From contig CBFGTS010000016.1 in NCBI GenBank assembly GCA_965652295.1, forward strand, positions 40,257-104,256: DNA of 64,000 nt. The letters run 5' to 3'. Source of the DNA: an uncultured Haloferula sp. Its GTDB lineage: Bacteria; Verrucomicrobiota; Verrucomicrobiia; Verrucomicrobiales; Akkermansiaceae. The position numbers were made by a program, and so were the translations under genes. Of this stretch, positions 51,709 to 60,992 are shown in pieces (within the stretch, counting starts at the first letter, position 1; every line of letters begins with the position of its first letter). The notes beneath the pieces were generated by a model. It was not told the DNA's origin. It was given only the letters and a program-made list of their open reading frames with translations, and searched no databases.

Positions 51709-53853
51709 ATGCCCCGAACCTATATTTCCGAATTCCGGCTCGGGGACACCCTGATCCGCTATCCCCACGATCCTGCAAGCGGCTTCGTCGGGCTCGAGAT
51801 GCTGCCCGCGGAAATGGCGGATGCCGTCGTCGAGCCCCGCGAATCCCTGCGCGGCGAGGATTTCATCGATGTGCTGCCGGGCGATGACCCGTGGCCGGCC
51901 CGTCCGATCGAGTCGCTCTTGCAGTTCAAGCTCGTCGGCGATCCGTATCCCGGTGCCTTCGTGCAGGGTCACTCGATGCGGAACTCCGAGACGCTCGGGC
52001 GGTTCCGTTTCGAGGGCCAGGAGGAGATTTCCGAAAACGGGGCCATCACCATCGAGACCCGGCTCCGCTCGGCGGACGGACTGCTGGCCGTGCACGCCAT
52101 CCGCTGGTGCGAGGGCGATGAGGCGCTGACGGTTCGCTGTCGGCTGGAGAACCACTCCGACCGGCCGGTGACCCTGGAAATGTTCGCCAGCTTCTCGCTT
52201 TCCGGCATCACGCCGTTTCATGAGGCCGATGCCCCGGAACGGCTGGCGGTGCATCGTTTCCGCTCGGTGTGGAGCGCCGAGGCCCGGCACGTGCGTGAGA
52301 CCTTGGAGGACCTCCACCTCGAACGTTCGTGGAGCGGAGCGGGCGCGTTCAGCGAGCGCTTCGGACAGGTGGGCACCATGCCGGTGCGCAAGTGGTTTCC
52401 CTTCGTCGCGGTCGAAGATACGGCAGCTGGCGTACTTTGGGGCGCGAGGCTCAACTGGGCCGGCTCGTGGCAGATGGAGATCTTCCGCCAGCACGATGAC
52501 ATCGCCCTTTCCGGCGGCCTCGCGGACCGTGAGTTCGGGCACTGGATGAAGGTGGTCGCGCCCGGCGAAACCTTCGAAGCGACACCCGCGACGGTGGCCT
52601 GCGTCCATGGCGGGCTGGACGAACTCTGTGACCGTCTCACCGCGATGCAGGACGCTCCGGTGAACGCCCACCCGGAGGTCGAGCAGGACCTGCCGGTCGT
52701 CTTCAACGAGTGGTGCACCACCTGGGGTGATCCGAGCCACGCGAACCTCTGTGCGATCGCCGACCGACTCAAGGGCTCCGGCGTGCGCTACCTCGTCATC
52801 GATGCCGGTTGGTACAAGCAGGAAGGCACCGACTGGAGCAGCGGTCACGGCGATTGGATCCCCAGCCCCACGCTTTTCCCGGATGGACTCAAGGCCGCGG
52901 CCGATGCGATCCGCGAGCGCGGGCTGATTCCCGGGTTGTGGTATGAGATGGAAACGGTGGGTTCGCAGAGCGCTTCCTTCCAAGAGGGGAAATATCTCAT
53001 CGAACGCGACGGCCAGCCGGTCACCGTCCGCGAGCGCCGCTTCTGGGACATGAACGATCCCGCTGCGGAGAAGTTTCTTTCCGAGAAGGTGATCGATCTT
53101 CTGGAAAGCTGTGGCTTCGGCTACCTGAAGGTGGACTACAACGAAACCGCCGGGCTCGGTTGCGATCATCCCGATTCCCTAGGCGAGGGCCTGCGTCGGC
53201 AGGTGGAGGGCAGCTACCGCTTCTTTGAAAAGATCCGCGAGCGGTTGCCCGGGCTGGTCATCGAGAACTGCTCGTCCGGCGGTCACCGCCTGGAGCCCTC
53301 GATGATGGCGCTGACGGCCATGTCGTCCTTCTCCGACGCGCACGAACTTGCCGAAATCCCGATCATCGCCGCCAACCTGCACCGCCTGCTCCTGCCGCGG
53401 CAGAATCAGATCTGGGCCGTGCTGCACCCGCACGATTCGCTGCAACGCGTGGCCTACAGCCTTGCCGCCACCTTCCTCGGCCGGATGTGCCTTTCCGGGG
53501 CCATCGAGAAACTGCCCGGGGAATCCTGGCAGCTCGTCCGCGAGGGCATCGCCCTCTACGGCAGGGCCGCGCCGGTGATCAAGTACGGCAGAAGCCGTAA
53601 ATACGGCCCGGCTCCCGCGAGCTGGCGCCATCCCCGCGGCTGGCAGGCGCTGGTCCGCCGCTCGGAAACGCAGGCGCTGGTGGTGGTGCATACTTTCGAG
53701 AACGCGCCGGAGTCGATCGAGGTGCCGCTGGAGGGAGGATGGGAGCTGGATGGCTCCCTCGGTGACGCGCCGTCCGCGCTTGCCGACGGGATTCTCACCC
53801 ACCGCACGGGAGGCGATTTCACCGGCTCGGTATGGCTTTTCCGCCGGTCATGA
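51709..53853 (+). CDS. GH36 alpha-galactosidase-like
   Basis: FNEW, VIDAGW, GDW, FPDGL, PGLW.E.E, YLKVDYN, IENCSSGG.R, SFSD. Confidence 0.88.
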   Translation: MPRTYISEFRLGDTLIRYPHDPASGFVGLEMLPAEMADAVVEPRESLRGEDFIDVLPGDDPWPARPIESLLQFKLVGDPYPGAFVQGHSMRNSETLGRFRFEGQEEISENGAITIETRLRSADGLLAVHAIRWCEGDEALTVRCRLENHSDRPVTLEMFASFSLSGITPFHEADAPERLAVHRFRSVWSAEARHVRETLEDLHLERSWSGAGAFSERFGQVGTMPVRKWFPFVAVEDTAAGVLWGARLNWAGSWQMEIFRQHDDIALSGGLADREFGHWMKVVAPGETFEATPATVACVHGGLDELCDRLTAMQDAPVNAHPEVEQDLPVVFNEWCTTWGDPSHANLCAIADRLKGSGVRYLVIDAGWYKQEGTDWSSGHGDWIPSPTLFPDGLKAAADAIRERGLIPGLWYEMETVGSQSASFQEGKYLIERDGQPVTVRERRFWDMNDPAAEKFLSEKVIDLLESCGFGYLKVDYNETAGLGCDHPDSLGEGLRRQVEGSYRFFEKIRERLPGLVIENCSSGGHRLEPSMMALTAMSSFSDAHELAEIPIIAANLHRLLLPRQNQIWAVLHPHDSLQRVAYSLAATFLGRMCLSGAIEKLPGESWQLVREGIALYGRAAPVIKYGRSRKYGPAPASWRHPRGWQALVRRSETQALVVVHTFENAPESIEVPLEGGWELDGSLGDAPSALADGILTHRTGGDFTGSVWLFRRS

Positions 53854-55526
53854 AGCGCGCGCCGGCAGCGACGAGGCGATGGTGGAAGTGCCTCGGAATT
53901 CCGCTGATCGTGCTGCTGGCCGGTAGCGCGCGGGCGGCCGAGCCGGCCGTGTGGCAATGGTCGGTGCCGATGGGGGAATCCCGCGCGTGGCTGTGGGTTC
54001 CGGAGCACTGCGAGGAGGTGCGGGCGGTGGTTTTCGCCAAGCACAACATGATCGAGCGCGGCATCCTCGAACACCCCGCGATGCGCGGGGCTCTCGCCGA
54101 TATCGGGGTCGCCGAGGTCTTCGTGTACCCGAGCGATGGCCCGGTGTTCGACTTTTCCGATGGGGTGGGCGAGCGCTTCGAGCTGCTCCTCGCCCGCTTG
54201 GCGGAGGCGTCCGGCTACGACGAGATTTCGTCGGCACCGGTGGTGCCGATGGGACATTCGGCGCATGCGTCCTTTCCGTGGAACTTCGCCGCGTGGAATC
54301 CCGGCCGGACGCTGGCCGCCTTGTCGGTGAAGGGCGATGGGCCGCTGACCGATCTCACGGGCAGCGGGCGACCGAATCCGGATTGGGGGAACCGCACGCT
54401 CGCCGGCGTGCCGGGCCTCATGGTGATGGGGGAGTATGAGTGGTGGGAAAAGCGGCTCGATCCGCTGCGGACCTACCGGGAGGAGCATCCGGACGCGCCG
54501 CTGGCCTTGTATGCGGACGCAGGGGCGGGCCACTTCGAGGCGGGCGATCGTTTGGTGCGCTTCCTGGCGATGTTCATCCGCAAGGCCGCCGCGGCAAGGC
54601 TGCCTGAGACCCCGGGCGGTGCTTTGCGGCCGGTGGACCCGAAGCAGGGATGGCTGGTCGATCGTTGGCGTGGCGACGCGATGCCCCGGGCGGAAGCGGC
54701 GGCTTTCGCGAACTACGATGGAGATCGTAGCGAGGCGTTCTGGTGTTTTGATGCAGCGACGGCTCGTGCGACCGAAGAAGCCCATGCCTCGAGCCGGGGG
54801 AAGAAGCCGCTGCAAGTCGGTTTCAAGCAGGAGGGCGGGTTCGTCGCCATCTCGAACAGCCACGCTGGCACCGAGCTTGGGTTCCGGCCCGGTGGGGATG
54901 GTCTGACCTTCCGCTTGGAAGCGGATTTCATGGAACCACTGCCGCCGGATCCGCCGCTGGCGACGAAAGACGAGCGTCCACCGGCGCGTGTCGTCGTGCC
55001 CAAGGCCGCCGCGCCGGGCCGTCATCCGGAGGGCGAGGTCACGGTTTCAAAGATCGTCGGACCCGTGGAGGCACTGGGCGGCGGGCGTTTTCGTTTTTCG
55101 CCCGATTGGATGACGCCGCCCCCCGGCGACCGCACTCCGGAGGCGTGGTTCATTGCCCGGCATCCGGGAGACGAGGAGTTCAAGCCGTCGGCCCGGCAGG
55201 CCGTCATGCGCTTTCCATGGCGGACCGAAGGCTTGGCTCAGTCGATCGATTTCGCGGAGATCGCCGATCAGCCGGCCAACGCGGCCCGGCTCGAACTTGA
55301 GGCGGTGTCGGACCGCGGGCTGCCGGTGCGGTATTACGTGAGGGAGGGCCCGGCGTATGTCCGGGGCGGCAGCCTGCATTTCACCCCGGTGCCTCCGGCG
55401 GCGAAATATCCGGTCCGGATCACCGTGGTGGCCTGGCAGGAAGGGACGGCCGGTGATCCGGCAATCCGCGCCGCCGCGCCCTGTGAACGGAGCTTTCTGT
55501 TGCTTGATTCCGAGCCGGGCCGGTGA
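53850..55526 (+). CDS. Secreted hypothetical protein, possible alpha/beta hydrolase with Ig-like C-terminus
   Basis: Signal peptide; PMGHSAHA elbow-like motif and a later AGH; ATGA coupling to the GH36 stop. Confidence 0.5.
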   Translation: MKRAPAATRRWWKCLGIPLIVLLAGSARAAEPAVWQWSVPMGESRAWLWVPEHCEEVRAVVFAKHNMIERGILEHPAMRGALADIGVAEVFVYPSDGPVFDFSDGVGERFELLLARLAEASGYDEISSAPVVPMGHSAHASFPWNFAAWNPGRTLAALSVKGDGPLTDLTGSGRPNPDWGNRTLAGVPGLMVMGEYEWWEKRLDPLRTYREEHPDAPLALYADAGAGHFEAGDRLVRFLAMFIRKAAAARLPETPGGALRPVDPKQGWLVDRWRGDAMPRAEAAAFANYDGDRSEAFWCFDAATARATEEAHASSRGKKPLQVGFKQEGGFVAISNSHAGTELGFRPGGDGLTFRLEADFMEPLPPDPPLATKDERPPARVVVPKAAAPGRHPEGEVTVSKIVGPVEALGGGRFRFSPDWMTPPPGDRTPEAWFIARHPGDEEFKPSARQAVMRFPWRTEGLAQSIDFAEIADQPANAARLELEAVSDRGLPVRYYVREGPAYVRGGSLHFTPVPPAAKYPVRITVVAWQEGTAGDPAIRAAAPCERSFLLLDSEPGR

Positions 55527-55632
55527 CCGCTCGCGCCCCAGCATTTGAGCAGGTTTCCAATGACACCCGCAGCGTCCTTTTCCATCGCCCGCGTCGCGGT
55601 TTGCTCGGCGCCGTGGAGTTCCTCCGTCGTTC

Positions 55633-57402
55633 ATGAATGCAGAACTGGCAGGCTATGACTCAGCCCGACCCTGGCGCACGCTCTGGCGGCTCTACCGCCC
55701 GGAGCGTCGCTCGCTGCTGATCGGCGAGCTGTTTTTCCTGCTGAAAGCGAGCCCGCTGTGGGTGGTGCCGATCGTGACGGCGAACATCGTCGATGCCGTG
55801 CTGATGCCTCATGGCGCGGGTCTGAAGTCGTTGTGGGTGAATGCGGCGATCGGCGCGGTGATGCTGGCGCAGAACATCCCGACAGGCGTGCTTTACGGCC
55901 GGTTCTCGAGCCGGGCCCTGCGCGGCACGGAGAATCTCCTGCGTTCGGCCTTGGTGCGGAAGCTGCAGATGCTCTCGATCGGCTACCATCAGCGGCGCAG
56001 CACCGGCAGCCTGCAGACGAAGGTTCTGCGCGATGTCGAGGCGATCGAGCAGATGAGCCGCCAGCTCATCGATGCCGGCATTACCGCCGTGGTCAGCGTG
56101 ATGGTGGCGATCGCCGTCACGGCGATACGGATGCCGGCCTTTGTGCCGGTGTTTTTCCTGCTGATCCCGATCGTGGCCTTCATTCGGATCGCCTTCAGCG
56201 CCCGCATGAAGCGCTACAACACGGATTTCCGCGCGCGGATCGAATCGATGAGCACGCGGGTGCTGGGGATGATCGCGATGGTTCCGGTCACGCGTGCCCA
56301 TGCCACCGAGGGCGAGGCGTTGGCGAGGGTCGAGTCGAGTTTCGGCGAGGTCCGGGAAGCGGGTAAGCGGCTGGATCGCCATGGAGCCCTGTTCGGTGCG
56401 GTGGCGTGGGTGCTGTTCATGCTTCTGCAGCTCGGCGTGCTGGTGGGCGGAGCGTGGCTGGTGATCGAGGGCCGGCTCACCCTTTCTCCGGGCGACCTGG
56501 TGCTGCTTTCCGGCTACACCGCCTCCATCGTGACCGCGGTGATGCAGCTCAACAACATGCTTCCGGTCATCACGCGCGGCTTCGAGTCGATCCGCAGCAT
56601 CGGTGAAGTACTAGAGCGGCAGGAGTTGGAGGAGAACGACGGCAAACCCGGGCTGCCCCGGCTCACCGGTACGTTTCATTTTGAAAACGTCCACTTCGAG
56701 TATCCCGCGAGCGACGGCGAGGAACGGATGACCACGCTGCGTGGGGTCGACCTCACGGTGGGCGCGGGCGAGACGATCGGCATCGTCGGTCCGAGTGGTT
56801 CGGGCAAGTCGACCTTGATGAGCCTGCTAGTCGGCTTCCACCGGCCGACGGTCGGAACGATCCTCGTCGATGGCCGCGATCTCCATTCGCTCGATCTCCG
56901 CAGCTATCGCCGTTTTCTCGCGGTGGTCGGCCAGGAAACGCTGCTGTTTGAAGGGACCCTGCGCGAGAACATCGCCTACGGTTTGCAGGACGTGTCCGAG
57001 GAGCGGATGCAAACGGCCGTCCGGGACGCCAACGCCGATGACTTCATCCGCGCGCTTCCCCAGGGGCTCGACACGTTCATTGGCGAAGGTGGGGCGCGCC
57101 TCAGCGGCGGTCAGCGCCAGCGGGTCGCCATCGCCCGCGCCCTGCTGCGCGAACCGCGCGTGCTGATCCTCGACGAGGCCACCAGCGCGCTCGATGCCGG
57201 CAGCGAGGCGCTCGTGCAGGACGCGCTCGACCGCTTGATGGCCGGGCGGACGAGCTTCGTGGTGGCGCATCGTCTCGGTACGCTCCGCCGGGCGGATCGC
57301 ATCGTCGTGCTTGAGGAAGGGCGCGTCGTCCGCTGCGGCACGCCTGCCGAACTCGCCGCGGCCGACCCCTCCCGCTTCTCCGCTTTTCTCCAACCTGCCT
57401 GA
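55633..57402 (+). CDS. ABC transporter, fused TMD-NBD (exporter type)
   Basis: GPSGSGKST, LSGGQRQR, ILDEATSALD, AHRL; about 6 N-terminal TMs. Confidence 0.95.
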   Translation: MNAELAGYDSARPWRTLWRLYRPERRSLLIGELFFLLKASPLWVVPIVTANIVDAVLMPHGAGLKSLWVNAAIGAVMLAQNIPTGVLYGRFSSRALRGTENLLRSALVRKLQMLSIGYHQRRSTGSLQTKVLRDVEAIEQMSRQLIDAGITAVVSVMVAIAVTAIRMPAFVPVFFLLIPIVAFIRIAFSARMKRYNTDFRARIESMSTRVLGMIAMVPVTRAHATEGEALARVESSFGEVREAGKRLDRHGALFGAVAWVLFMLLQLGVLVGGAWLVIEGRLTLSPGDLVLLSGYTASIVTAVMQLNNMLPVITRGFESIRSIGEVLERQELEENDGKPGLPRLTGTFHFENVHFEYPASDGEERMTTLRGVDLTVGAGETIGIVGPSGSGKSTLMSLLVGFHRPTVGTILVDGRDLHSLDLRSYRRFLAVVGQETLLFEGTLRENIAYGLQDVSEERMQTAVRDANADDFIRALPQGLDTFIGEGGARLSGGQRQRVAIARALLREPRVLILDEATSALDAGSEALVQDALDRLMAGRTSFVVAHRLGTLRRADRIVVLEEGRVVRCGTPAELAAADPSRFSAFLQPA

Positions 57403-57405
57403 TTC

Positions 57406-58272
57406 ATGATCCAACACCGTTTTCTCACCATCGACGAAGGCCTCGCGCAATTGATGCACGTGGACGAAGCCCACCCCGAAAACGACTGGGTCGTGCCGGT
57501 CGGTCATCCGCAGGCGCGGGACATGCAGCTCATCGGTGGCGGCCGCGTGTTGATCGGCCATCACCACGGTTGGTCGGAGTTCGACCTCGGGACCGGGGAG
57601 GTGCTTTTCGAAAACACCCGCTACGAGGGCGTCACCGCCGCCCGCCGTCAGCCGGACGGGCGGACCTTGCTCGCCGGCGTCGATATCGCGGGGGTGACGG
57701 GGGTGGCGGTCGTCGAGCTCGACGCCGAGGGCAACGAACTACGAAAGATCCAGTACGAGGGCGACTACGTGCGCCTGATCCGCCAGACCGCGCAAGGCAC
57801 GCTGCTGATGTCCTGCAACGACCGCATCCGCGAAGCCGACCTCGAGGGCAACTACCTGCGCGAGTTCCCGGTGGAGGACTTCTTCCACGCCTGGAAATCG
57901 CTGCGTCTGCCGAACGGCCACCTGCTGGTTTCGGCAGGCTATGGTGCTTTCATGGTCGAGCTGGATGCCGAGGGCGCGATTCTCCGGAAGTTCGGCACCA
58001 AGGAGCAGCTTCCCGCGAAGGTGAACCCGTTCTTCTACGCCACTTTCCAGCTCCTTCCGAACGCCCACATCGTGCTCGCCAACTGGCAGGGCCACGGCGA
58101 GGGCTTCGGGGAATCCGGCGTGCAGCTGTTGGAGTTCGATCCCGCGGGCAAGCTCGTCTGGCAATGGAGCGACGCCTCGCGCATCTCCTCCCTGCAAGGA
58201 CTCCTGGTGCTCGACGAGCTGGATGTTTCCCTCCTCCATGACGAGCGCGAAGGCGTGATGAAACCTCTCTGA
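57406..58272 (+). CDS. Hypothetical beta-propeller-like protein, no signal peptide
   Basis: Repeated units of the type (R/L)LP(N/D)G..L+ / E(L/F)D..G...W. Confidence 0.55.
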   Translation: MIQHRFLTIDEGLAQLMHVDEAHPENDWVVPVGHPQARDMQLIGGGRVLIGHHHGWSEFDLGTGEVLFENTRYEGVTAARRQPDGRTLLAGVDIAGVTGVAVVELDAEGNELRKIQYEGDYVRLIRQTAQGTLLMSCNDRIREADLEGNYLREFPVEDFFHAWKSLRLPNGHLLVSAGYGAFMVELDAEGAILRKFGTKEQLPAKVNPFFYATFQLLPNAHIVLANWQGHGEGFGESGVQLLEFDPAGKLVWQWSDASRISSLQGLLVLDELDVSLLHDEREGVMKPL

Positions 58273-58276
58273 AACC

Positions 58277-59233
58277 ATGATCGATCCCGTAAAAATCTGG
58301 CCCGACGACCGCGGGCGGCACATCCAGGCGCACGGCGGCGCCATCATCGAAATCGAAGGCACCTTCTACTGGTTCGGCGAGGACCGCTCGCCCGACAACG
58401 ATCCGGGCACCTGCCCGGTCGCCTGCTACGCCTCGAAGGATCTCATGAACTGGGAGTGCCGCGGCCAGGTATTCGAGGGCCGGAATCCGGCGCAAATCGA
58501 GGGTTTGTGGCAGATCGAGCGCCCCAAGGTGTTCCACTGCAAGGCCACCGGGATGTTCGTGATGTACATGCACATCGACGGACAGGTGCCCGGTCACTGG
58601 TCGCGCTACCGGCGCGCCGAGGTGGGTGTGGCGGTCAGCGACACGGTCGATGGCAAGTACGAGTGGGTTCGTAGTTTTCGTCCGCTCGGCAAGGAAAGCC
58701 GCGATATCGGACAGTTCATCGACGACGACGGCCAGGCCTATCTTATCTTCGAGACCCGCCCGGAAGGCGGCTTCCACATCGCCCGGCTGTCGGAGGACTA
58801 CCTCGACGTCGTCGAGTCCGTGGCGTTCCTCAAGGCACCCATCGAGGGTGGGGCGATCGTGCGTCACGAGGGGCTCTACTACTGCATCGGTTCGTATCTC
58901 ACCGGCTGGTGGCCGAACGCGAACCAGTACGCCGTGGCCGAGAAACTCGAAGGCCCCTGGTCCGAGTTCCGCGACATGGCACCGCCGGAGACGCTGACCT
59001 ACGGATCGCAGTCCACTTATCTTCTCAAGATCGTGGGCAGCGAGGAAACCACCATCATCTACATGGGCGATGTTTGGAGACCCTACGAACTCACCGACAG
59101 CCGCTACCTCTGGTATCCGCTGGAGATCGGCGGCGGCCAACTGGCGCTCAAGCCACGGGAAGGCTGGATGCCCGGGCCGTGGTCGATCGATCTCAAGAGC
59201 GGCCATGTGACCTTCGCGGCGGCCGGAAGTTGA
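58277..59233 (+). CDS. GH43 family protein (GH43_24-like beta-1,3-galactanase type)
   Basis: HIQAHGG, FYWFGE, IERPKV, ESRD...F.DDDG.AYL, TGW.PN, T..SQS, YMGD.W, SRY.W.PL. Confidence 0.8.
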   Translation: MIDPVKIWPDDRGRHIQAHGGAIIEIEGTFYWFGEDRSPDNDPGTCPVACYASKDLMNWECRGQVFEGRNPAQIEGLWQIERPKVFHCKATGMFVMYMHIDGQVPGHWSRYRRAEVGVAVSDTVDGKYEWVRSFRPLGKESRDIGQFIDDDGQAYLIFETRPEGGFHIARLSEDYLDVVESVAFLKAPIEGGAIVRHEGLYYCIGSYLTGWWPNANQYAVAEKLEGPWSEFRDMAPPETLTYGSQSTYLLKIVGSEETTIIYMGDVWRPYELTDSRYLWYPLEIGGGQLALKPREGWMPGPWSIDLKSGHVTFAAAGS

Positions 59234-59242
59234 AGAGTTGTC

Positions 59243-59270
59243 AGGGCGGCGGGAGAATCCCCGCCGCCCC
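59243..59270. terminator. Hairpin between convergent operons
   Basis: GGGCGGCGGG-AGAAT-CCCCGCCGCCCC. Confidence 0.55.
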
Positions 59271-59330
59271 ACGTCGTCGTCTTTGGGGGAGGGTTCGCGT
59301 CGGTGGTCGTAAGGTTCCCTTTCGGGGCGT

Positions 59331-59486
59331 TCAGCTTCGTTTGCCCGGCTTGCCGGCCAGAGAGTTCTTGCTGTTGTTTGCCTGGCGGTCGTCGTCCGCC
59401 TTTCGCCGGACACGTTCAACGGCGTCGGCCTTGGCTTGTTTCTGTGCGTCGTTCTTGCGCTTCGATTTCGGGGATTTGTCGCTCAT
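59331..59486 (-). CDS. Small basic 51-aa hypothetical protein (below the ORF-track cutoff)
   Basis: Manual translation MSDKSPKSKRKNDAQKQAKADAVERVRRKADDDRQANNSKNSLAGKPGKRS; starts 19 bp after the GH130 stop; mostly G/C-ending codons. Confidence 0.6.
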   Translation of the reverse strand: MSDKSPKSKRKNDAQKQAKADAVERVRRKADDDRQANNSKNSLAGKPGKRS

Positions 59487-59504
59487 GGTCTTGTTGGGTT
59501 GGAC

Positions 59505-60992
59505 CTAGCCGCCCTGCCCGCGGAGGCTTCCGAGGAGGGTGGCGAGGTCGAAGGTACAGAAGGAGGTGGAAGTATCGCTGAGGCCGTAGGGAAGGATCAG
59601 TCGCGAGTGGTGGACCAAAGCTCCGCAGGTATAGACGACATTCGGCACGTAGCCGTTTCGCTGCGGCTCGGCGGGTTCGACGAGCGGGTGTTCAAGGTGG
59701 CCGAGGACGATCGAAGGGTCGTCGAGATCGAGCAGCATGGCCCCGATGCAATAGCGACGCATCGGACCGACGCCGTGGGTCAGCAGGAGCCAGCCCGCCG
59801 GGGTTTCGATCGGCGAGCCGCAGTTGCCGATTTTCACCGCCTCCCAGGCATGGGTCGGACGTTGCAGAAGCTGCGCTTCCTCCCAGGTATGGGGGTCCTC
59901 GGAAAACATCAGATAGAGGTTCTCGTCGTCCTGCCGGGAGATCATGGCATACTTCCCGTGAATGCGTCGTGGGAACAGGCTCATCCCCTTGTTGCGGACC
60001 GAGGAGCCGTTGAGCGAAACCGAGCGGAACGAATGGAAATCGGAGGTTTCCAGGAGCTGGGGGACGATCGCGTGACCATTGTAGGCGGTGTAGGTCGCGT
60101 AGTAGGTAACCGTGCCGTCGTCTTCGGTGAACCGGACGAAGCGGGCGTCTTCGATGCCATTGCTTTCGATCGATGAGTTCGGAAAGATGATTCTTTCGCC
60201 GAGCGGGATCGAGGGGTCGAAGCGGACCTCGTAGTTGATCGATGCCAGCCAGTCGATGCACTCGCGGGTTTGCCGGGATTCACGCTGGGACAGCCGGGTG
60301 GAACCGATGGCGGTGCTCAGCGCCGCCTTGAGTTCGCTGCGGGTGAAGGTGTCGCCGAGCGATTGCCGGAGGGCTTCCGACCACGGGGTTTCGAACTCCA
60401 GCTCGCGTAGTTTCCGGAAGAAGGGTCCGCGACGGAAGGTCGGGTTGGGATTCAGCGCCGGTGCGGAAACGTGGCCGCCGGGGACATCGAGCACGATCTG
60501 GTGGTCGGAGCCGATGATGCCGGTGCGGAAGGCGATCGAGGAAATGTGACCTTCGCCGGTGGCGCGGAGACTGAGGATGAAGCGCAGTTCGCCGGGCTCG
60601 AGGCCGGATTGGTCCGGATGGGGAACGATCGAGGGATTGAACAACGCGGCGCTTTCCACCGCATATTCGCCGGAGATGAGGGAACCCAGGTAGAGCCGCT
60701 GGGGGCGGGACAGGCTGCCGTCGTGCGGGACGAGCCCGCGGAGGCGGTCGTAGTGCTGCTGCCAGGTCAGCTCGAGCCGGGGGTGGCGACCGCCGAATTG
60801 CTCGTGAAGCAGCCCCAGACGCCGGTCGATCTCCTCGGCATCGACCGCCAGTGCGCGCTCGATGATCCGGCGGACGGAATCCACGTCGCCGGGAACGAAG
60901 GCGCGGACGATGACGCGGGATTTGTCTGGATTGAGATAGATGCCGGTCGCTTCAGCGACGGGCGGCGAGGTGTCGGAATCGGGTGGAATCAT
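59505..60992 (-). CDS. GH130 family glycoside phosphorylase/hydrolase (long form)
   Basis: FNPSIV, GEGHISSI, GIEDARF, YATYTAY, NKGM.LFP, KIG, THGVG, GYVPNVVYTCG; ATG 60992 overlaps the GT4 stop. Confidence 0.88.
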   Translation of the reverse strand: MIPPDSDTSPPVAEATGIYLNPDKSRVIVRAFVPGDVDSVRRIIERALAVDAEEIDRRLGLLHEQFGGRHPRLELTWQQHYDRLRGLVPHDGSLSRPQRLYLGSLISGEYAVESAALFNPSIVPHPDQSGLEPGELRFILSLRATGEGHISSIAFRTGIIGSDHQIVLDVPGGHVSAPALNPNPTFRRGPFFRKLRELEFETPWSEALRQSLGDTFTRSELKAALSTAIGSTRLSQRESRQTRECIDWLASINYEVRFDPSIPLGERIIFPNSSIESNGIEDARFVRFTEDDGTVTYYATYTAYNGHAIVPQLLETSDFHSFRSVSLNGSSVRNKGMSLFPRRIHGKYAMISRQDDENLYLMFSEDPHTWEEAQLLQRPTHAWEAVKIGNCGSPIETPAGWLLLTHGVGPMRRYCIGAMLLDLDDPSIVLGHLEHPLVEPAEPQRNGYVPNVVYTCGALVHHSRLILPYGLSDTSTSFCTFDLATLLGSLRGQGG

